Positions 10,253-21,466 of a stretch of 64,000 bases of DNA are shown here, in pieces. The notes below the pieces were generated by a model. The model was not told where the DNA came from, searched no databases, and was given only the letters and a program-made list of their open reading frames with translations. The DNA is from an uncultured Methanosarcinaceae archaeon (lineage in GTDB: Archaea > Halobacteriota > Methanosarcinia > Methanosarcinales > Methanosarcinaceae). The stretch is from NCBI GenBank assembly GCA_963774465.1, contig CAVZFI010000001.1, positions 12,176-76,175 on the forward strand, given 5' to 3'. Every line of letters begins with the position of its first letter. Within the stretch, counting starts at the first letter, position 1. Position numbers and translations under genes: made by a program.

Positions 10253-10918
10253 TTGCCGAAGTGCGGAACGAAGGGGGAGCGGCAGTCGATGGTAGATAAC
10301 CCTGAAAGGGAGATAGGTGCTGATATCCATAACAGAGAGATTGAAAGAGAGGTCTCGGTTGCTGAAGTTATGAATAAAGCAGTCATAGTGATGGATATTA
10401 AATCAGATATTCCTGCTATTGCAAGGGAAATGGTCAGTCGTGATGCAGGAAGCGTTATCATCACAGAGAATGGCAAGGCTATGGGGATCATAACTGAAAG
10501 GGATCTTGTGAAGGGTATCGTTACAGAGGACAGAAGACCAAGTGAGGTAAAGGCGAGTGAAATTCTCTCCACTCCACTGGTAACCGTGAAGCCTGAAACA
10601 AGTGTAGTGAAAGCTTCCGAAATCATGTTAAAAGCAAATATCAAAAGGCTACCAGTCCTGGAAAACGGTACAATAATAGGAGTGGTTTCGAATGTTGATA
10701 TTCTGATGGTAACACCCGGGCTCAATACCATACTCAAGGATCTTATTGATATGAACCGGGAAGCTCTTCTCTCCACTCCTTCAAGTGAAGAGATTGAAGA
10801 AGAGTTCAGTACAGGAATATGTGAGTCCTGTTTATATCACTCAGCAGACCTTAAATTAGTCGACGGCAGGTATTTATGCGAAAACTGTCGGCAAGAAGAA
10901 GGGGAGGATTACGAGTGA
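10253..10918 (+). CDS. CBS-pair protein with C-terminal zinc ribbon
   Basis: GIITERD, RLPV; CESC...CENC. Probable start 10289. Confidence 0.9.
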   Translation: MPKCGTKGERQSMVDNPEREIGADIHNREIEREVSVAEVMNKAVIVMDIKSDIPAIAREMVSRDAGSVIITENGKAMGIITERDLVKGIVTEDRRPSEVKASEILSTPLVTVKPETSVVKASEIMLKANIKRLPVLENGTIIGVVSNVDILMVTPGLNTILKDLIDMNREALLSTPSSEEIEEEFSTGICESCLYHSADLKLVDGRYLCENCRQEEGEDYE

Positions 10919-11039
10919 CTTGCAAGCTTGAAAAATCGTATCGCAATTAATTTGAGAGCTCAACCTTACCAGATATTAAAGTATCTAAAGTATCCAAATT
11001 ATCCCGGTTCGAATATAAAGAAATATAGGAAGATCAACA

Positions 11040-11855
11040 ATGAATGTCAGCGAGATTATGTCAGAAGGGCCTATATGTGTCAAAGTCGGAGACTTCGTAA
11101 CTCACGCCCGTCAGCTGCTGCGTGATCACCTTCTTCGAAGTCTTGTTGTTGTTGACGAAGAGAATAGGCTTGTGGGAATGCTGAATGACCAGGACATCCT
11201 GAGGATTACATCTACCAAATCGAATGTCACGGTGAGCGGATATGCAAGGCAGTCCCCGACAGTCACTCCGGATATGGATGTTATGAAGGCTGCAAGACTG
11301 ATGGTGCAGTCGAAACAAAACCGAGTTCCGGTTGTCGTATCAACTGCTGACCATACGGTTGTCGGTGTCCTGAGTAATGTGGATATTCTTAGAAATGTGG
11401 GGCTTCCAAAAAATATCCCCAAAACCATACAGGAGATTATGACAAAAAAAGTCGAAACCTGCTCTCCAGATGAAAGAGTCGCCAAGATTTGGGGGCGTAT
11501 GCTTGAGACAGATTACACGGGCATTCCTGTAGTTTCAAAGAAAGGTGAACCCATTGGGATGATAACCCGAAGGGACATACTCAAATCGGGCGTGGTGCGG
11601 AAATCTGTAGAAGATGAAAGAGCAAGTCGGCCTAATGACAGCCCAATGGTTGAAACGGTAATGTCAACTCCCACATATACTCTTTCAGAAAGCGATCCCG
11701 TCCGGCGTGCAATTGAGATGATTATTCACCATGATATAGGAAGAGTCACTGTAGTAGATGAACACGGAAAAGTATCCGGAATCGCTGACAGACAGGACCT
11801 TCTAGAAGCCATTGTCAGTGGATGGCCTGAACAAACCTCTGAAAACCGTTTTTGA
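11040..11855 (+). CDS. CBS-domain protein (two CBS pairs)
   Basis: GMLNDQD, GVLSNVD, GMITRRD, GIADRQD. Confidence 0.92.
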   Translation: MNVSEIMSEGPICVKVGDFVTHARQLLRDHLLRSLVVVDEENRLVGMLNDQDILRITSTKSNVTVSGYARQSPTVTPDMDVMKAARLMVQSKQNRVPVVVSTADHTVVGVLSNVDILRNVGLPKNIPKTIQEIMTKKVETCSPDERVAKIWGRMLETDYTGIPVVSKKGEPIGMITRRDILKSGVVRKSVEDERASRPNDSPMVETVMSTPTYTLSESDPVRRAIEMIIHHDIGRVTVVDEHGKVSGIADRQDLLEAIVSGWPEQTSENRF

Positions 11856-12119
11856 AAGGAAAACTTCCAGTGAAATGGTTAAAACTGGCCAAAGAATTAA
11901 TGTGAAAAAATGAAGAGCAAACTCTCACGCAAAAAGATTATAACATTAAAGATTATCATTAATAATGATTATAGATTGACAAATAAAGAAAAGCGCTCGG
12001 AAAGATTCGGGAGAAATTGTTTTCAGGTTTTGTTTTTCCAGGAGCAAACCTGGGTTTGCTGATAAATAAACTGCAGACTCCAGGGAAATTCCTGCAAACA
12101 GGAAGAGAAAAAACGGCAT

Positions 12120-13154
12120 ATGAAAAAAGCAATTAACTGCAACTCGAATTCGGTGATCCTATTGAACAAAAATACGACATTTTCGTCAGCCGAAAAAACG
12201 AAGGTTCAGGGAAAGTTAAACAAAGAGAACAGAGGAGTGCAACGAAACGATCCAAAAATGATCTGGAGCACAGGCACAATGGACATGGGTCCTCTGGATT
12301 TCAAATCCCGTATTTCGGAACACCAGGGACGTATCCTCGCCCTGGCAACAAGGAATGTAGTAACCCTTCCTCCCACTGCAACAATTATGGAAGCAATTAA
12401 AATTATGACTGAAAGGAGGTTCAGGCGTATTCCTATTACAGACGCCGGAACGCGGAGGCTGGAAGGAGTCGTTACTACCGTGGATATTATCGATTTCCTG
12501 GGAGGTGGAAAAAAGAATCTGCTTGTTGAAAACCGCTTCAAAGGTAACCTTCTTGCTGCAATAAACGAGGAAGTCCGGCAAATCATGGAAACTGATGCTG
12601 CTTACCTTCATGACCAGGCAGACTTTAAAGAAGCTGTTTCAACGATGCTTGAAAGACGGACAGGCGGGCTGCCAATAGTGAACGATGACATGCAGGTAGT
12701 TGCGATCTTTACCGAAAGGAACGCAGTCGAACTGATGGGCGGGCTCGTAACAAACAGGACTGTTGATGAATTCATGACCGGGAACGTCAAGATGGTATCA
12801 ACTGATACACCTATTGGACAAGCAGCAAAAGTAATGGTAGATAACAGATTCCGAAGGCTTCCTGTAGTCAAGGATGGAATCTTCGCGGGAATGATTACTG
12901 CCTCTGATATTGTACATTTCCTTGGAAGGGGAGACGCTTTCAGCAAACTGACAACAGGAAACATTCATGAAGCGCTTGACCAGCCTGTAGGTTCTATTGT
13001 CTCAAAAGAATTGATATGGACCAGCCCGGGAACGGACATGGGAAAAGCGATGAAAATCATGCTCGAGAAAAAGATAGGTTCACTCCCGATCCTGGAAGAA
13101 GGAGTGCTGCGTGGTATAATTACAGAAAGCGATTTCCTGAGATCTTTTGAATGA
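12120..13154 (+). CDS. CBS-domain protein (two CBS pairs)
   Basis: FRRIPI, GGLPIV, FRRLPV, GSLPI, GIITESD. Start uncertain. Confidence 0.92.
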   Translation: MKKAINCNSNSVILLNKNTTFSSAEKTKVQGKLNKENRGVQRNDPKMIWSTGTMDMGPLDFKSRISEHQGRILALATRNVVTLPPTATIMEAIKIMTERRFRRIPITDAGTRRLEGVVTTVDIIDFLGGGKKNLLVENRFKGNLLAAINEEVRQIMETDAAYLHDQADFKEAVSTMLERRTGGLPIVNDDMQVVAIFTERNAVELMGGLVTNRTVDEFMTGNVKMVSTDTPIGQAAKVMVDNRFRRLPVVKDGIFAGMITASDIVHFLGRGDAFSKLTTGNIHEALDQPVGSIVSKELIWTSPGTDMGKAMKIMLEKKIGSLPILEEGVLRGIITESDFLRSFE

Positions 13155-13535
13155 ATCCCAGGATAGCTAACCAAACTGGTTCGAGCTAGTCAAAATGGTC
13201 CAAACTGAATGACGTTTAATTGAAGCTTGAGCAAAACCGAGCCGAAAAACCTCCGGGCTTAATTTTTCAGAAATATCGAGAGGAAGAAAATTCTCTAACT
13301 GGATAGACCCGGAAGCAGCTCTGCACTCTGAATTTTCAGGATTTCTGAATTTTCGGGATTTCGGAGTGTAGCTGATTTTGCAATAAGAACTCTTTCATTT
13401 AGCCTGTACTTCAACAAAATATGTATTATTCCTCTAAAACTTTGGCGTCTACAGCTAAAAATTGTGAAGTTCGCATCCAATTCAAAAACTATAATTATTG
13501 ATACTTATATATTGTAAAAGTGAAGGAGGTATTTC

Positions 13536-14381
13536 ATGAATGTGGCGGACATCATGAGTTCACCTGTTTATGTCCTAAACGTAGATGAGCCCGTGTCACA
13601 TGCAAGAAAACTGATGTTAAGATATAGAATCAGTACGTTGCTTGTCCTCAACGAGGGCAAGATGGTGGGAATCGTCACAAAATCAGACATCACTAACCGC
13701 CTGGCCCAGGCCGAACCCCTCTGGAGGAGGAGGCCAATAGACCAGATCCCTATCAAGTTGTTGATGACTGAATCGGTTATTACCATCTATCCCGAAGCCT
13801 CCATTTCCCAGGCAGCTGCCTTAATGCTTGAGAACGGAGTACATAATGTCCCGGTGGTAAAGAACGATATTGTAGGTGTTATCACCAGGACAGATCTCGT
13901 GCGCTATGTTGCGGAAAATCCCGAGGAAATTAAAACAAAAATCCCCAAATTAATGACTGAGGATATTGTTTCTGTTCACAGGCACCATACTATCAACCAT
14001 GTAATTGACGAAATGAACAAAAATGAGATCGATAGAGTGATCGTTAAAGACGATGCTGGGAAATCTGTCGGGATTATTTCCAGGAAAAGCCTTGCCTTAA
14101 ACCTCTTGACTGACTTTCAAGGTGAGCTTTCCACAAAAAGTATCAAGATGACCCGCAGGTCTTCACCTGGAGGCCAGAAAACCTACAGATACGTAAAAGA
14201 GGTACCTTTGACCGCAGAAGACATCATGGTTTCTCCGATAGTTTCCATTGATGTAAATGAAGATGTAAGTGCAGCCGCAAAAAAAATGATTGAGGAAGGA
14301 GTGACTGCCCTGCCCGTAAGTGATGGAGAAGAGATGGTGGGCATATTAAGCAGGACCGATATCATGAAAGCCATCCTCTGA
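13536..14381 (+). CDS. CBS-domain protein (two CBS pairs)
   Basis: GIVTKSD, GVITRTD, GILSRTD; SD GGAGG upstream. Confidence 0.92.
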   Translation: MNVADIMSSPVYVLNVDEPVSHARKLMLRYRISTLLVLNEGKMVGIVTKSDITNRLAQAEPLWRRRPIDQIPIKLLMTESVITIYPEASISQAAALMLENGVHNVPVVKNDIVGVITRTDLVRYVAENPEEIKTKIPKLMTEDIVSVHRHHTINHVIDEMNKNEIDRVIVKDDAGKSVGIISRKSLALNLLTDFQGELSTKSIKMTRRSSPGGQKTYRYVKEVPLTAEDIMVSPIVSIDVNEDVSAAAKKMIEEGVTALPVSDGEEMVGILSRTDIMKAIL

Positions 14382-14516
14382 GACACGGCAGAACGGAGGT
14401 ACATACTGCGAAAAGAAGATAGCAATAGGCAAAGACAGTAAAGCAAGAGAAGGATGCGAAATAAAACCTGGAAAAACAGAATAAAGAAAACACGCAAAAA
14501 ATTGCGGAAAATATAA

Positions 14517-15326
14517 TTGAAAATTCTGGATACGCATGAGGTGAATTGCATGCAAGTTAAAGACATAATGGTACAGCCATACAGGATTGACAAGTCAGAC
14601 ACCATATCTCACGCCCTAGATCTTATGGAAAAAAAGGACACAAAACGCCTGCTGGTAGTCCACGGCGATCAGGTGCTCGGTGTACTTACCATGAGAAATC
14701 TGACAGAACAGCTCGGAACTCGAAAGAAACTGAGCAAACCTGCATCCTCTCTGCATGTTGCAACAGCCGTATCCGACAACTTTGTAAAGGTCCTGCCTGA
14801 TACCGATATTAAAGATGCCCTTACCCTGATTAAAAAGAAAAGCGGCGTGCTTATTGTCACTGATAACGGGAACGCAATGGGCTGGGTAACGCCTCAGGAA
14901 TTCATGAAGATAAACCGTTTCACAGGCTTTGCCGGGGAAGTAATGGAAAAAAACCCTATCATTGTCAGCCCATCGGATCGGGTGAGCCACGCCAGACATC
15001 TTATCCTTGATAAAAATGTGGGAAGGTTGCCAGTGGTTGAAAATGGAAGGCTTGTGGGTATTGTTGCAGAAGATGACATTGCCCTTGCAATGCGCTCTTT
15101 CAGGGATCTGGTAGCTGACAATCAGCAGGACTCAAGAATCAAAAATCTTCTTGTAGGAGATATTATGACCCGCAGTGTGGTCAGCGTCTATACCAATACC
15201 CCTCTATCAGAAGCAGTTCAGACCATGCTGGAACACGATGTCGGAGGTGTTCCGGTCCTTAATCTGGAGGAAGAACTTGTTGGTTTCCTGGCCCGCAGAA
15301 ATATAATAAATACAATTCAGGAATGA
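14517..15326 (+). CDS. CBS-domain protein (two CBS pairs)
   Basis: [18 protein letters not shown]. Probable start 14550 (MQVKDIM) after GAGGTG. Confidence 0.92.
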   Translation: MKILDTHEVNCMQVKDIMVQPYRIDKSDTISHALDLMEKKDTKRLLVVHGDQVLGVLTMRNLTEQLGTRKKLSKPASSLHVATAVSDNFVKVLPDTDIKDALTLIKKKSGVLIVTDNGNAMGWVTPQEFMKINRFTGFAGEVMEKNPIIVSPSDRVSHARHLILDKNVGRLPVVENGRLVGIVAEDDIALAMRSFRDLVADNQQDSRIKNLLVGDIMTRSVVSVYTNTPLSEAVQTMLEHDVGGVPVLNLEEELVGFLARRNIINTIQE

Positions 15327-15396
15327 GCTCAATCTAGAGAAAGAGAGCCAGAAAAGACTTAATTGATTGAAGAATCAAAAACAGGTAGCTAAAAAT

Positions 15397-15426
15397 AAGG
15401 CCTGCTCTTTTGAGACAGGCCTTTTG
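15397..15426. terminator. Hairpin between convergent genes
   Basis: AAGGCCTG-CTC-TTTT-GAG-A-CAGGCCTT followed by T residues. Confidence 0.6.
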
Positions 15427-15442
15427 AATTTCTTAATTCTTC

Positions 15443-15568
15443 TTTAGAATTATTTCTTTCGTTTAGAACGATTTCTTTCATTTAGAACGATTTCTTTCAT
15501 TTAGAACGATTTCTTTCATTTAGAACGATTTCTTTCGTTTAGAATCATCGTCTCTTTTAGAACGATTT
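15443..15568. repeat. 19-bp tandem repeat (TTTAGAACGATTTCTTTCR), ~6 copies, overlapping the stop codon of the AIM24 gene
   Basis: Read directly; the last unit contains the stop at 15557-15559. Confidence 0.9.
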
Positions 15569-16348
15569 GTCTCCACCAATCAGGCCTCCCAAGATATCAC
15601 TCCCAACAATACCGCTCTGTTCTTCCCGGTTACGGCGGTAAGTGGAAGCTGCGAATATCCTGTCAGCAAGGCGCGAGAAAGGCAGGCTCTGCATGTATAC
15701 GGTGCCCGGACCTGTGAGGGTTGCAAGGACTACTCCTTCACCACCGAATAGGGCATTTTTAAAGTTCTTTGACCAGGTTATGTCATAGGTTACGGTTTCG
15801 GTGAAAGCTGCCACGCAGCCCGTGTCAATACGGTAAGTCTCGCCAGCTGCCAGGTCTTTTCTTATAACTGTGCCTCCGATATGGAGAAAAGCCAGGCCGT
15901 TGCCCTTTAACCTCTGGAGGATAAAACCTTCGCCGCCGAAAAACCCTGCTCCGAGTTTGCGGGTGAAAGCTACTTCCACTTCTATTCCGCGGGCAGCACA
16001 GAGAAATGAGTCTTTCTGGCAGAGGAGGCTGCCTCCGAATTTGGTGAGGTCAAGGGGAATAATCTTGCCCGGATAAGGAGCCGCAAAAGCTACATGCCCT
16101 TTTCCGGAACCTTTGTGAATAAAGCTTGTAATGAAAAAACTTTCTCCAGTAAGGGCTCGTTTAAGTCCTTTTTTCAGGCCTCCGAGGAATCCACCGCCTT
16201 CATTGCCCATGCTGGTCTGCATCTGAATTCCAGGTCCCATGTATGCCATAGCCCCAGCTTCTGCCTGAACGGCTTCGTCCTGATCAAGTTCAATTTCAAC
16301 GATCTGCATATCGTCGCCGATAATCTTGTAGTCGATTTCATCTGCCAT
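15557..16348 (-). CDS. TIGR00266 / AIM24 family protein
   Basis: AEAGAM, TGES.F, GGEGF.LQ, GPG.V..QS motifs. Confidence 0.92.
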   Translation of the reverse strand: MADEIDYKIIGDDMQIVEIELDQDEAVQAEAGAMAYMGPGIQMQTSMGNEGGGFLGGLKKGLKRALTGESFFITSFIHKGSGKGHVAFAAPYPGKIIPLDLTKFGGSLLCQKDSFLCAARGIEVEVAFTRKLGAGFFGGEGFILQRLKGNGLAFLHIGGTVIRKDLAAGETYRIDTGCVAAFTETVTYDITWSKNFKNALFGGEGVVLATLTGPGTVYMQSLPFSRLADRIFAASTYRRNREEQSGIVGSDILGGLIGGDKSF

Positions 16349-16544
16349 TTTATATTCTCCAATCTTTTTTGCAAACTTAGATTATCACAGATTAGAGACC
16401 AAATACTTAAAAAGATTTTTAATGGACTGAACTATCCCTTAACTTATTCTCTGAAAAACGGGTTATTTTGAAGACATGTCTGATATTCTGAAGACATTCC
16501 TGAGAATGATAACTTATTTTAAGCCTGAAAATAGATAAATAAAT

Positions 16545-17717
16545 ATGAGTAAAGAGGGGAATGAGGAAATAGATCCTGAATTTGTAGCTCGACTTGCCAG
16601 TTTCCTGGGGTTTGGTAAGGAGAGGGTTCATCACCTTTTTGAGAAGAATTATCTTGCCCGAAACTGGGGAAAGTATGAGTATTTGCTCCGCTTCGACAAG
16701 GAAATTTCCCATATCGAAAGGGGAACAGTACTTTATGAGAAAGACGGTTCTTTCGAAATAATTATGGGTTTTCCGAAGATCCGGAGAGCTATGGTGCTGG
16801 ATCCTACGCTTAAAAAGCACTTCGAAGGGCTTGAAAATGTAGCTGTGGAAGAGAAAATGAACGGATACAATGTCCGCGTAGCAGTTGCAAAAGAGGAGAT
16901 ACTTGCAATTACCCGGAGCGGATATATTTGTCCTTATACGACCCAAAAGGCAAAAGAGAAACTGAACCTGAAATTTTTTGACGATTTCCCTGAATTCGTA
17001 CTCTATGGAGAAATGATAGGCCCTGACAATCCTTATGTCCCAAAAGATATCTATGGTATCGAGTCGGTAGAGTTTTACATCTTCGATATTCGGGAGAAAA
17101 ACAGCGGTAAGCCTCTTCCAATAAACAGGAAGCAGGAAATTCTGGAAAAATACGGTTTTTTCCAGGTCAGGTTCTTCAAGGAAATTTCCCTGGAAACTGC
17201 CCCTGAAGAAATAGGAAAAATCATCCAGGGACTGGGAGAAAAAGAGCATGAAGGTGTCGTAATAAAGGATCCCGAAATGGTTCTTTCCCCATTAAAGTAT
17301 ACCTCTTCCCAGAGTAATTGCTCGGATCTCAAGCATGCCTTTAAGTTCTATAATGAGACCGGCAGAGACTATATGCTTTCCCGGATTGTCAGAGAGGGGT
17401 TCCAGACAGTTGAATGGAACGAAAACGAGGCCGAATTCGAAAAACGCTGCATGCAGCTGGGGGAAAGCATACTAGATCCTCTCAGGGAATCCATCATAAG
17501 TGTAAAAAATGGCCAGCGTCTCTATGAAGAGGCAAGGATCCGGGTAAGGAATTTAAAAACTGCAGCAGATTTCGAGGATTATCTTAAAAGACTGGGGATC
17601 GATGCAATTTTTGAAGAGCCTCAATCTGTCGGAGAAGAGTATCTGATAATTATAAGAAAACTCAACAAAAGTACCAGTGATAAAACTCAGGCAATCTGGC
17701 AGGGTGAACCCTGGTAA
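16545..17717 (+). CDS. ATP-dependent RNA ligase, Rnl3 (Pab1020) family
   Basis: GFPKIRR, motif I EEKMNGYNVR, TRSGYICP, EGVVIK. Confidence 0.93.
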   Translation: MSKEGNEEIDPEFVARLASFLGFGKERVHHLFEKNYLARNWGKYEYLLRFDKEISHIERGTVLYEKDGSFEIIMGFPKIRRAMVLDPTLKKHFEGLENVAVEEKMNGYNVRVAVAKEEILAITRSGYICPYTTQKAKEKLNLKFFDDFPEFVLYGEMIGPDNPYVPKDIYGIESVEFYIFDIREKNSGKPLPINRKQEILEKYGFFQVRFFKEISLETAPEEIGKIIQGLGEKEHEGVVIKDPEMVLSPLKYTSSQSNCSDLKHAFKFYNETGRDYMLSRIVREGFQTVEWNENEAEFEKRCMQLGESILDPLRESIISVKNGQRLYEEARIRVRNLKTAADFEDYLKRLGIDAIFEEPQSVGEEYLIIIRKLNKSTSDKTQAIWQGEPW

Positions 17718-17802
17718 TTATTCCTTGCAAGAATGGGCTTCAGGGTTTGAATTTTGAAGAGCCCTTATTAGAATGTTTCGAAAAGAAATATATTACAGTA
17801 TA

Positions 17803-17862
17803 ATTAATACCAGTTCAGATTCATTAATACCAGTTCAGATTCATTAATACCAGTTCAGATTC
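17803..17862. repeat. 20-bp tandem repeat x3 (ATTAATACCAGTTCAGATTC)
   Basis: Three exact copies. Confidence 0.95.
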
Positions 17863-17958
17863 CGGAAATTCAAAAAGTATCACAAAACTGAATTTGCTTT
17901 ATTCAGAGTAACTCGAATTTAAACAATCTTTAAACGTAGAAATTAGAAGGGACCCACT

Positions 17959-19029
17959 ATGACAAACCTTGCAATCATCGGGACGGAAAAAAGTGGAAGA
18001 ACCTCTCTTGCCGCAAACCTCGGGAAAAAGGGGACATCTTCCGACATAACCATGTATAATAACGATAAAGAGAGCCGAAAAATGGTTTTTGTGGACCCTC
18101 AAGGTTATCCCAAAGCCTTAAAATCCCTTGTTACAGCACTGAATATCTCAGAGATGGCAATCCTCTGCATTCCTCCTGATGGCCTGGATAGGGAGAATCC
18201 TGCAAGTGTTCACACAGGGGAATGCATTGTTGCCCTAGACCTGTTAGGCTTTAAGCACGGGATAATTGCCCTGACAAGGTCCGACAGTACCCACATGCAT
18301 GCAGTTGATGATCTGAAAAAGAAAATAAAACTAATGACTGCAGGCACTTCTCTCCAGGACTGGGAATGCATTTCCCTGAATACTAACAAAAGTGCAAAAA
18401 ATCCCTTTGAAGGCGTCGAAGATCTCAAAGCCAGAATTAATGAAATCTCCGAAAAAATCGAAGCTGAGCAGGCTGAATTGAATAAGCTGCCCACAAGAGT
18501 GTTTATAGACCATGCCTTCAATGTCACTGGAAAAGGCTGTGTTGTTCTTGGAGTTGTTAAGCAGGGAATTTCAAAAGACAAAGATAAGACCAAAATTTTC
18601 CCTCTGGACAGGGACATTGAGATTCGTTCCATTCAGAGCCACGATGTGGATATCGAGAGTGCGCCTACAGGTACGAGAGTTGGGATGCGCCTTAAAAACG
18701 TTCAGGCCAAGGATATAGAAAGGGGATTTATCATTTCCGATAAGGAGATCGTAAGCACTGACTACACCTTGGAATGTACTCTCTCAAAATTCACAAGGGC
18801 AATTGAAAACTTAAGTGTGCTTCATCTCTTCGTTGGCCTGCAGTCCGAACCTGTGCGTGTGGAAAAGATTCTGGTCGACGGGCAGGAAGTCAAAGAAGCG
18901 AAGCCTGGCAGTACCTGCTTGCTGGAACTCTCAGGCAACAAAAAAGTAGCTTACAGCAAAGAGGACCGCTTCCTGCTGGCAAACCTTGATCTGACACAGC
19001 GCTTTGCAGCTTATGGTTTTTCGAAGTAA
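17959..19029 (+). CDS. SelB/EF-Tu-like protein (archaeal SelB-like family) with a degenerate G domain
   Basis: GTEKSGRTS, IDHAFNVTGKGCVVLG, IRSIQSH, GTRVGMRLK, IERG. Confidence 0.88.
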   Translation: MTNLAIIGTEKSGRTSLAANLGKKGTSSDITMYNNDKESRKMVFVDPQGYPKALKSLVTALNISEMAILCIPPDGLDRENPASVHTGECIVALDLLGFKHGIIALTRSDSTHMHAVDDLKKKIKLMTAGTSLQDWECISLNTNKSAKNPFEGVEDLKARINEISEKIEAEQAELNKLPTRVFIDHAFNVTGKGCVVLGVVKQGISKDKDKTKIFPLDRDIEIRSIQSHDVDIESAPTGTRVGMRLKNVQAKDIERGFIISDKEIVSTDYTLECTLSKFTRAIENLSVLHLFVGLQSEPVRVEKILVDGQEVKEAKPGSTCLLELSGNKKVAYSKEDRFLLANLDLTQRFAAYGFSK

Positions 19030-19102
19030 GTTTCACATTGATTTAAAAAGAAAACAATTTTCAAGAAGCCTCAGAAACGGAATTATTTTAAGGGAATAGC
19101 AT

Positions 19103-19627
19103 ATGGAAAACGACTCCGGAAAAAATGAAAGCATATGTGAAGACGGAAACGGCAGAGTTAGAGACAGGGTTCTTTATGGAAATGTCTTCCACAGAAATAT
19201 CTGCTGGCAACGCTCTTACCAGAGGCCGGAAGGTGAGGAGATTATAATGGCACTATATGGTAGCCTCAGAGATGGTCTCTATAATAACCGGCGTTTTGAC
19301 CTGCAGAACAGGTCAGAATTCCTGGGAACAACAAAAGTAAGAGGATATGCCCTTTATTCTCTGGGCCCCTACCCTGGCGTTTACCCTTCGGAAAGTTCCT
19401 CTGTCGTAGCTGAAGTGCGCAGGTTCTCAGGAAAACAGCAGCTTGAAGTCGCGAAATCAATTGATTATATGGAACTCTTCGGAGGATACCACAGAGAATA
19501 CGTGGACCTTGAAATAGACGAACAGAAGATCAGAGGCTTCATCTATGTTTATGACGAAAAGCCAGAAACGGAAAAAATCGAGCATGGAGACTGGGTATAT
19601 TACCTGAGAGAAAATGAGAAGGGCTGA
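19103..19627 (+). CDS. Gamma-glutamylcyclotransferase (AIG2-like) family protein
   Basis: YGSLRDG, LYSLGPYP, terminal I.HGDW. Confidence 0.82.
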   Translation: MENDSGKNESICEDGNGRVRDRVLYGNVFHRNICWQRSYQRPEGEEIIMALYGSLRDGLYNNRRFDLQNRSEFLGTTKVRGYALYSLGPYPGVYPSESSSVVAEVRRFSGKQQLEVAKSIDYMELFGGYHREYVDLEIDEQKIRGFIYVYDEKPETEKIEHGDWVYYLRENEKG

Positions 19628-19648
19628 AAGAAAATGTAGAGCTTTCTT

Positions 19649-20422
19649 TTACAAATTCCTTAAAAACTCTAGGCTTTCAATTCCCTCTTCGACAGAGCTC
19701 ATTTCTGTGACAAAGATTCCCTTATAATCCGAAAGCTTTCCCATAACCTGTTTCCAGTTTATCGTACCTTTTCCCAGGGGAAGATGTTCGTCTTTTTTGC
19801 CCATGTTATCGTGAATATGGATATGTGAAATTCTTTCTGTCAGGAGATCTAGAAAATCGTCAACAAGCCCAACAGTATTTGCATGCCCTACATCGAAGGT
19901 GAAACCGACATTATGACTTCCAATTGAATCAAGCATTTCAAGCATTTCGTCGGGATATTTTCCGAAGATCTTCGGCATGTCGGGCATATTCTCAACAGCA
20001 ATGAGAATTCCGAAATCCGCTGCAAAATCGCAGATTTCTTGGAGAGAGGCAAGGTTAGTAAAATAGGCTTCTTGAGGAACCTGCACGCCATAAGGAGAAA
20101 GATATCCAGGGTGTATTACTGCCAGATTGACATAGTTAGAAGCTAGAGTCAGGTAGTGTTTCATCTGTCTGAGAACGTCTGCCCTTATTGAGTTATTCAG
20201 ACCTGCCAGATTCATATCCGAGAAAGGCAGGTGCAGGGTCAGTTCAAGGCCAGTGGTCTCATTGATTGTTTTCAAATTCTGGATGTTTCTGCTGTTCAAG
20301 CACTGGGACCCTTCCTGTACGATTTCCCAACCTGTATACCCATGGTCTTCGAGCGTGTAAGCCCATTTGAAAGGGTCTTCAACGACTGAACGCGACGAAT
20401 AGCTGATTCTGTGCAACTGCAT
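19649..20422 (-). CDS. Sugar phosphate isomerase/epimerase (AP endonuclease family 2 TIM barrel)
   Basis: HLPF, HPG, ENMP, DVGH, HIHDN, D.HLP.G.G. Confidence 0.88.
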   Translation of the reverse strand: MQLHRISYSSRSVVEDPFKWAYTLEDHGYTGWEIVQEGSQCLNSRNIQNLKTINETTGLELTLHLPFSDMNLAGLNNSIRADVLRQMKHYLTLASNYVNLAVIHPGYLSPYGVQVPQEAYFTNLASLQEICDFAADFGILIAVENMPDMPKIFGKYPDEMLEMLDSIGSHNVGFTFDVGHANTVGLVDDFLDLLTERISHIHIHDNMGKKDEHLPLGKGTINWKQVMGKLSDYKGIFVTEMSSVEEGIESLEFLRNL

Positions 20423-20682
20423 GACGAAAATTCATTCCTTATCATTTGTTAATATAGATTTGTTGGTGCGTATCAAGATATATTTAACTGAATTCGGTTA
20501 ATTGAACTCAATTAGCTCGACCAAGTAACTGAATCAGGTTAGCTGAACTAAGTAACTGAATCAGGTTAACTCAATAAGATTAGCTGAACAAGTAACTGAA
20601 CTCTGGTTAATTTAACGAGCTCTTTTAATGGATTTCAACAGAAAATTCAAGGTTTTTTAGAACATTAAAACCTTAAAAAGCT

Positions 20683-21162
20683 TCAACCCTTCTCTACGTA
20701 ATCCATTTCCACTTCAATGACAGGTTTCCCTTCTTCAGTAAGAGGCAAAATCCATTCAAAAAGCCTTTCCATTTCTTCCTTAGAGTCAGCCCTGATTGCG
20801 ATTTCAATGGACCCAAGAGACTCTTCTTGAGCAGGGATACTGGGAATTCCGACAAAGGCAGCCTGTTTATTGAGCAAAAAGCGGACTGAAAGCCCATCAC
20901 TTGATAAGCCTTTACCAAAAGCTTTGTTCCGGACACTATCTATGATCTCTTCTCTTCGAATCAGCCCATGCAGAGTTAGCAGAAGGTCAATTCCTCCTTC
21001 CCCCGAGAGAAGAAGAGAGGGAAGAACTCCTGCCTCAGCTTCAGTGGCTTCAATAGCCTTTTTTTCGAGTGTTATGCCAATAAACAGGGATGAAATTGCT
21101 CTGATAACTTTTTCCAGGTTTTCGGTCGGATATACAGCTGCTGACACCTTAACGTGTATCAT
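20683..21162 (-). CDS. UPF0201 family putative RNA-binding protein
   Basis: V.A.VYPTE..EKV, LNKQAA.VG, LG.I. Confidence 0.85.
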   Translation of the reverse strand: MIHVKVSAAVYPTENLEKVIRAISSLFIGITLEKKAIEATEAEAGVLPSLLLSGEGGIDLLLTLHGLIRREEIIDSVRNKAFGKGLSSDGLSVRFLLNKQAAFVGIPSIPAQEESLGSIEIAIRADSKEEMERLFEWILPLTEEGKPVIEVEMDYVEKG

Positions 21163-21205
21163 AAGTTTACTCCAGTAAATTTAAAAAGAGTTATTTCAGG
21201 AATTA

Positions 21206-21410
21206 ATTCTAAGACTTATTTTAAACTATTCTAAGACTTATTTTAAACTATTCTAAGACTTATTTTAAACTATTCTAAGACTTATTTTAAGATTTATCCC
21301 ATGATTTATTTAATTTCCATTTAATTTTCATTTAATTATTATTTATTTAATTTTTATTTGATTTTTATTTGATTTTTATTTGATTTTTATTTGATTTTTA
21401 TTTGATTTAT
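21206..21410. repeat. 22-bp repeat x~4 (ATTCTAAGACTTATTTTAAACT), then 11-bp repeat x~5 (TTTTTATTTGA)
   Basis: Read directly. Confidence 0.9.
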
Positions 21411-21466
21411 TCAAAGAATCATTTTGTATAATATTCTCAAAAAAATTATTTTTTTGAATCTGTCTT

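Noticed and set aside
16419-17249. 276-aa antisense ORF
   Set aside because: Shadow of the RNA ligase gene; Phe-rich with no motifs.
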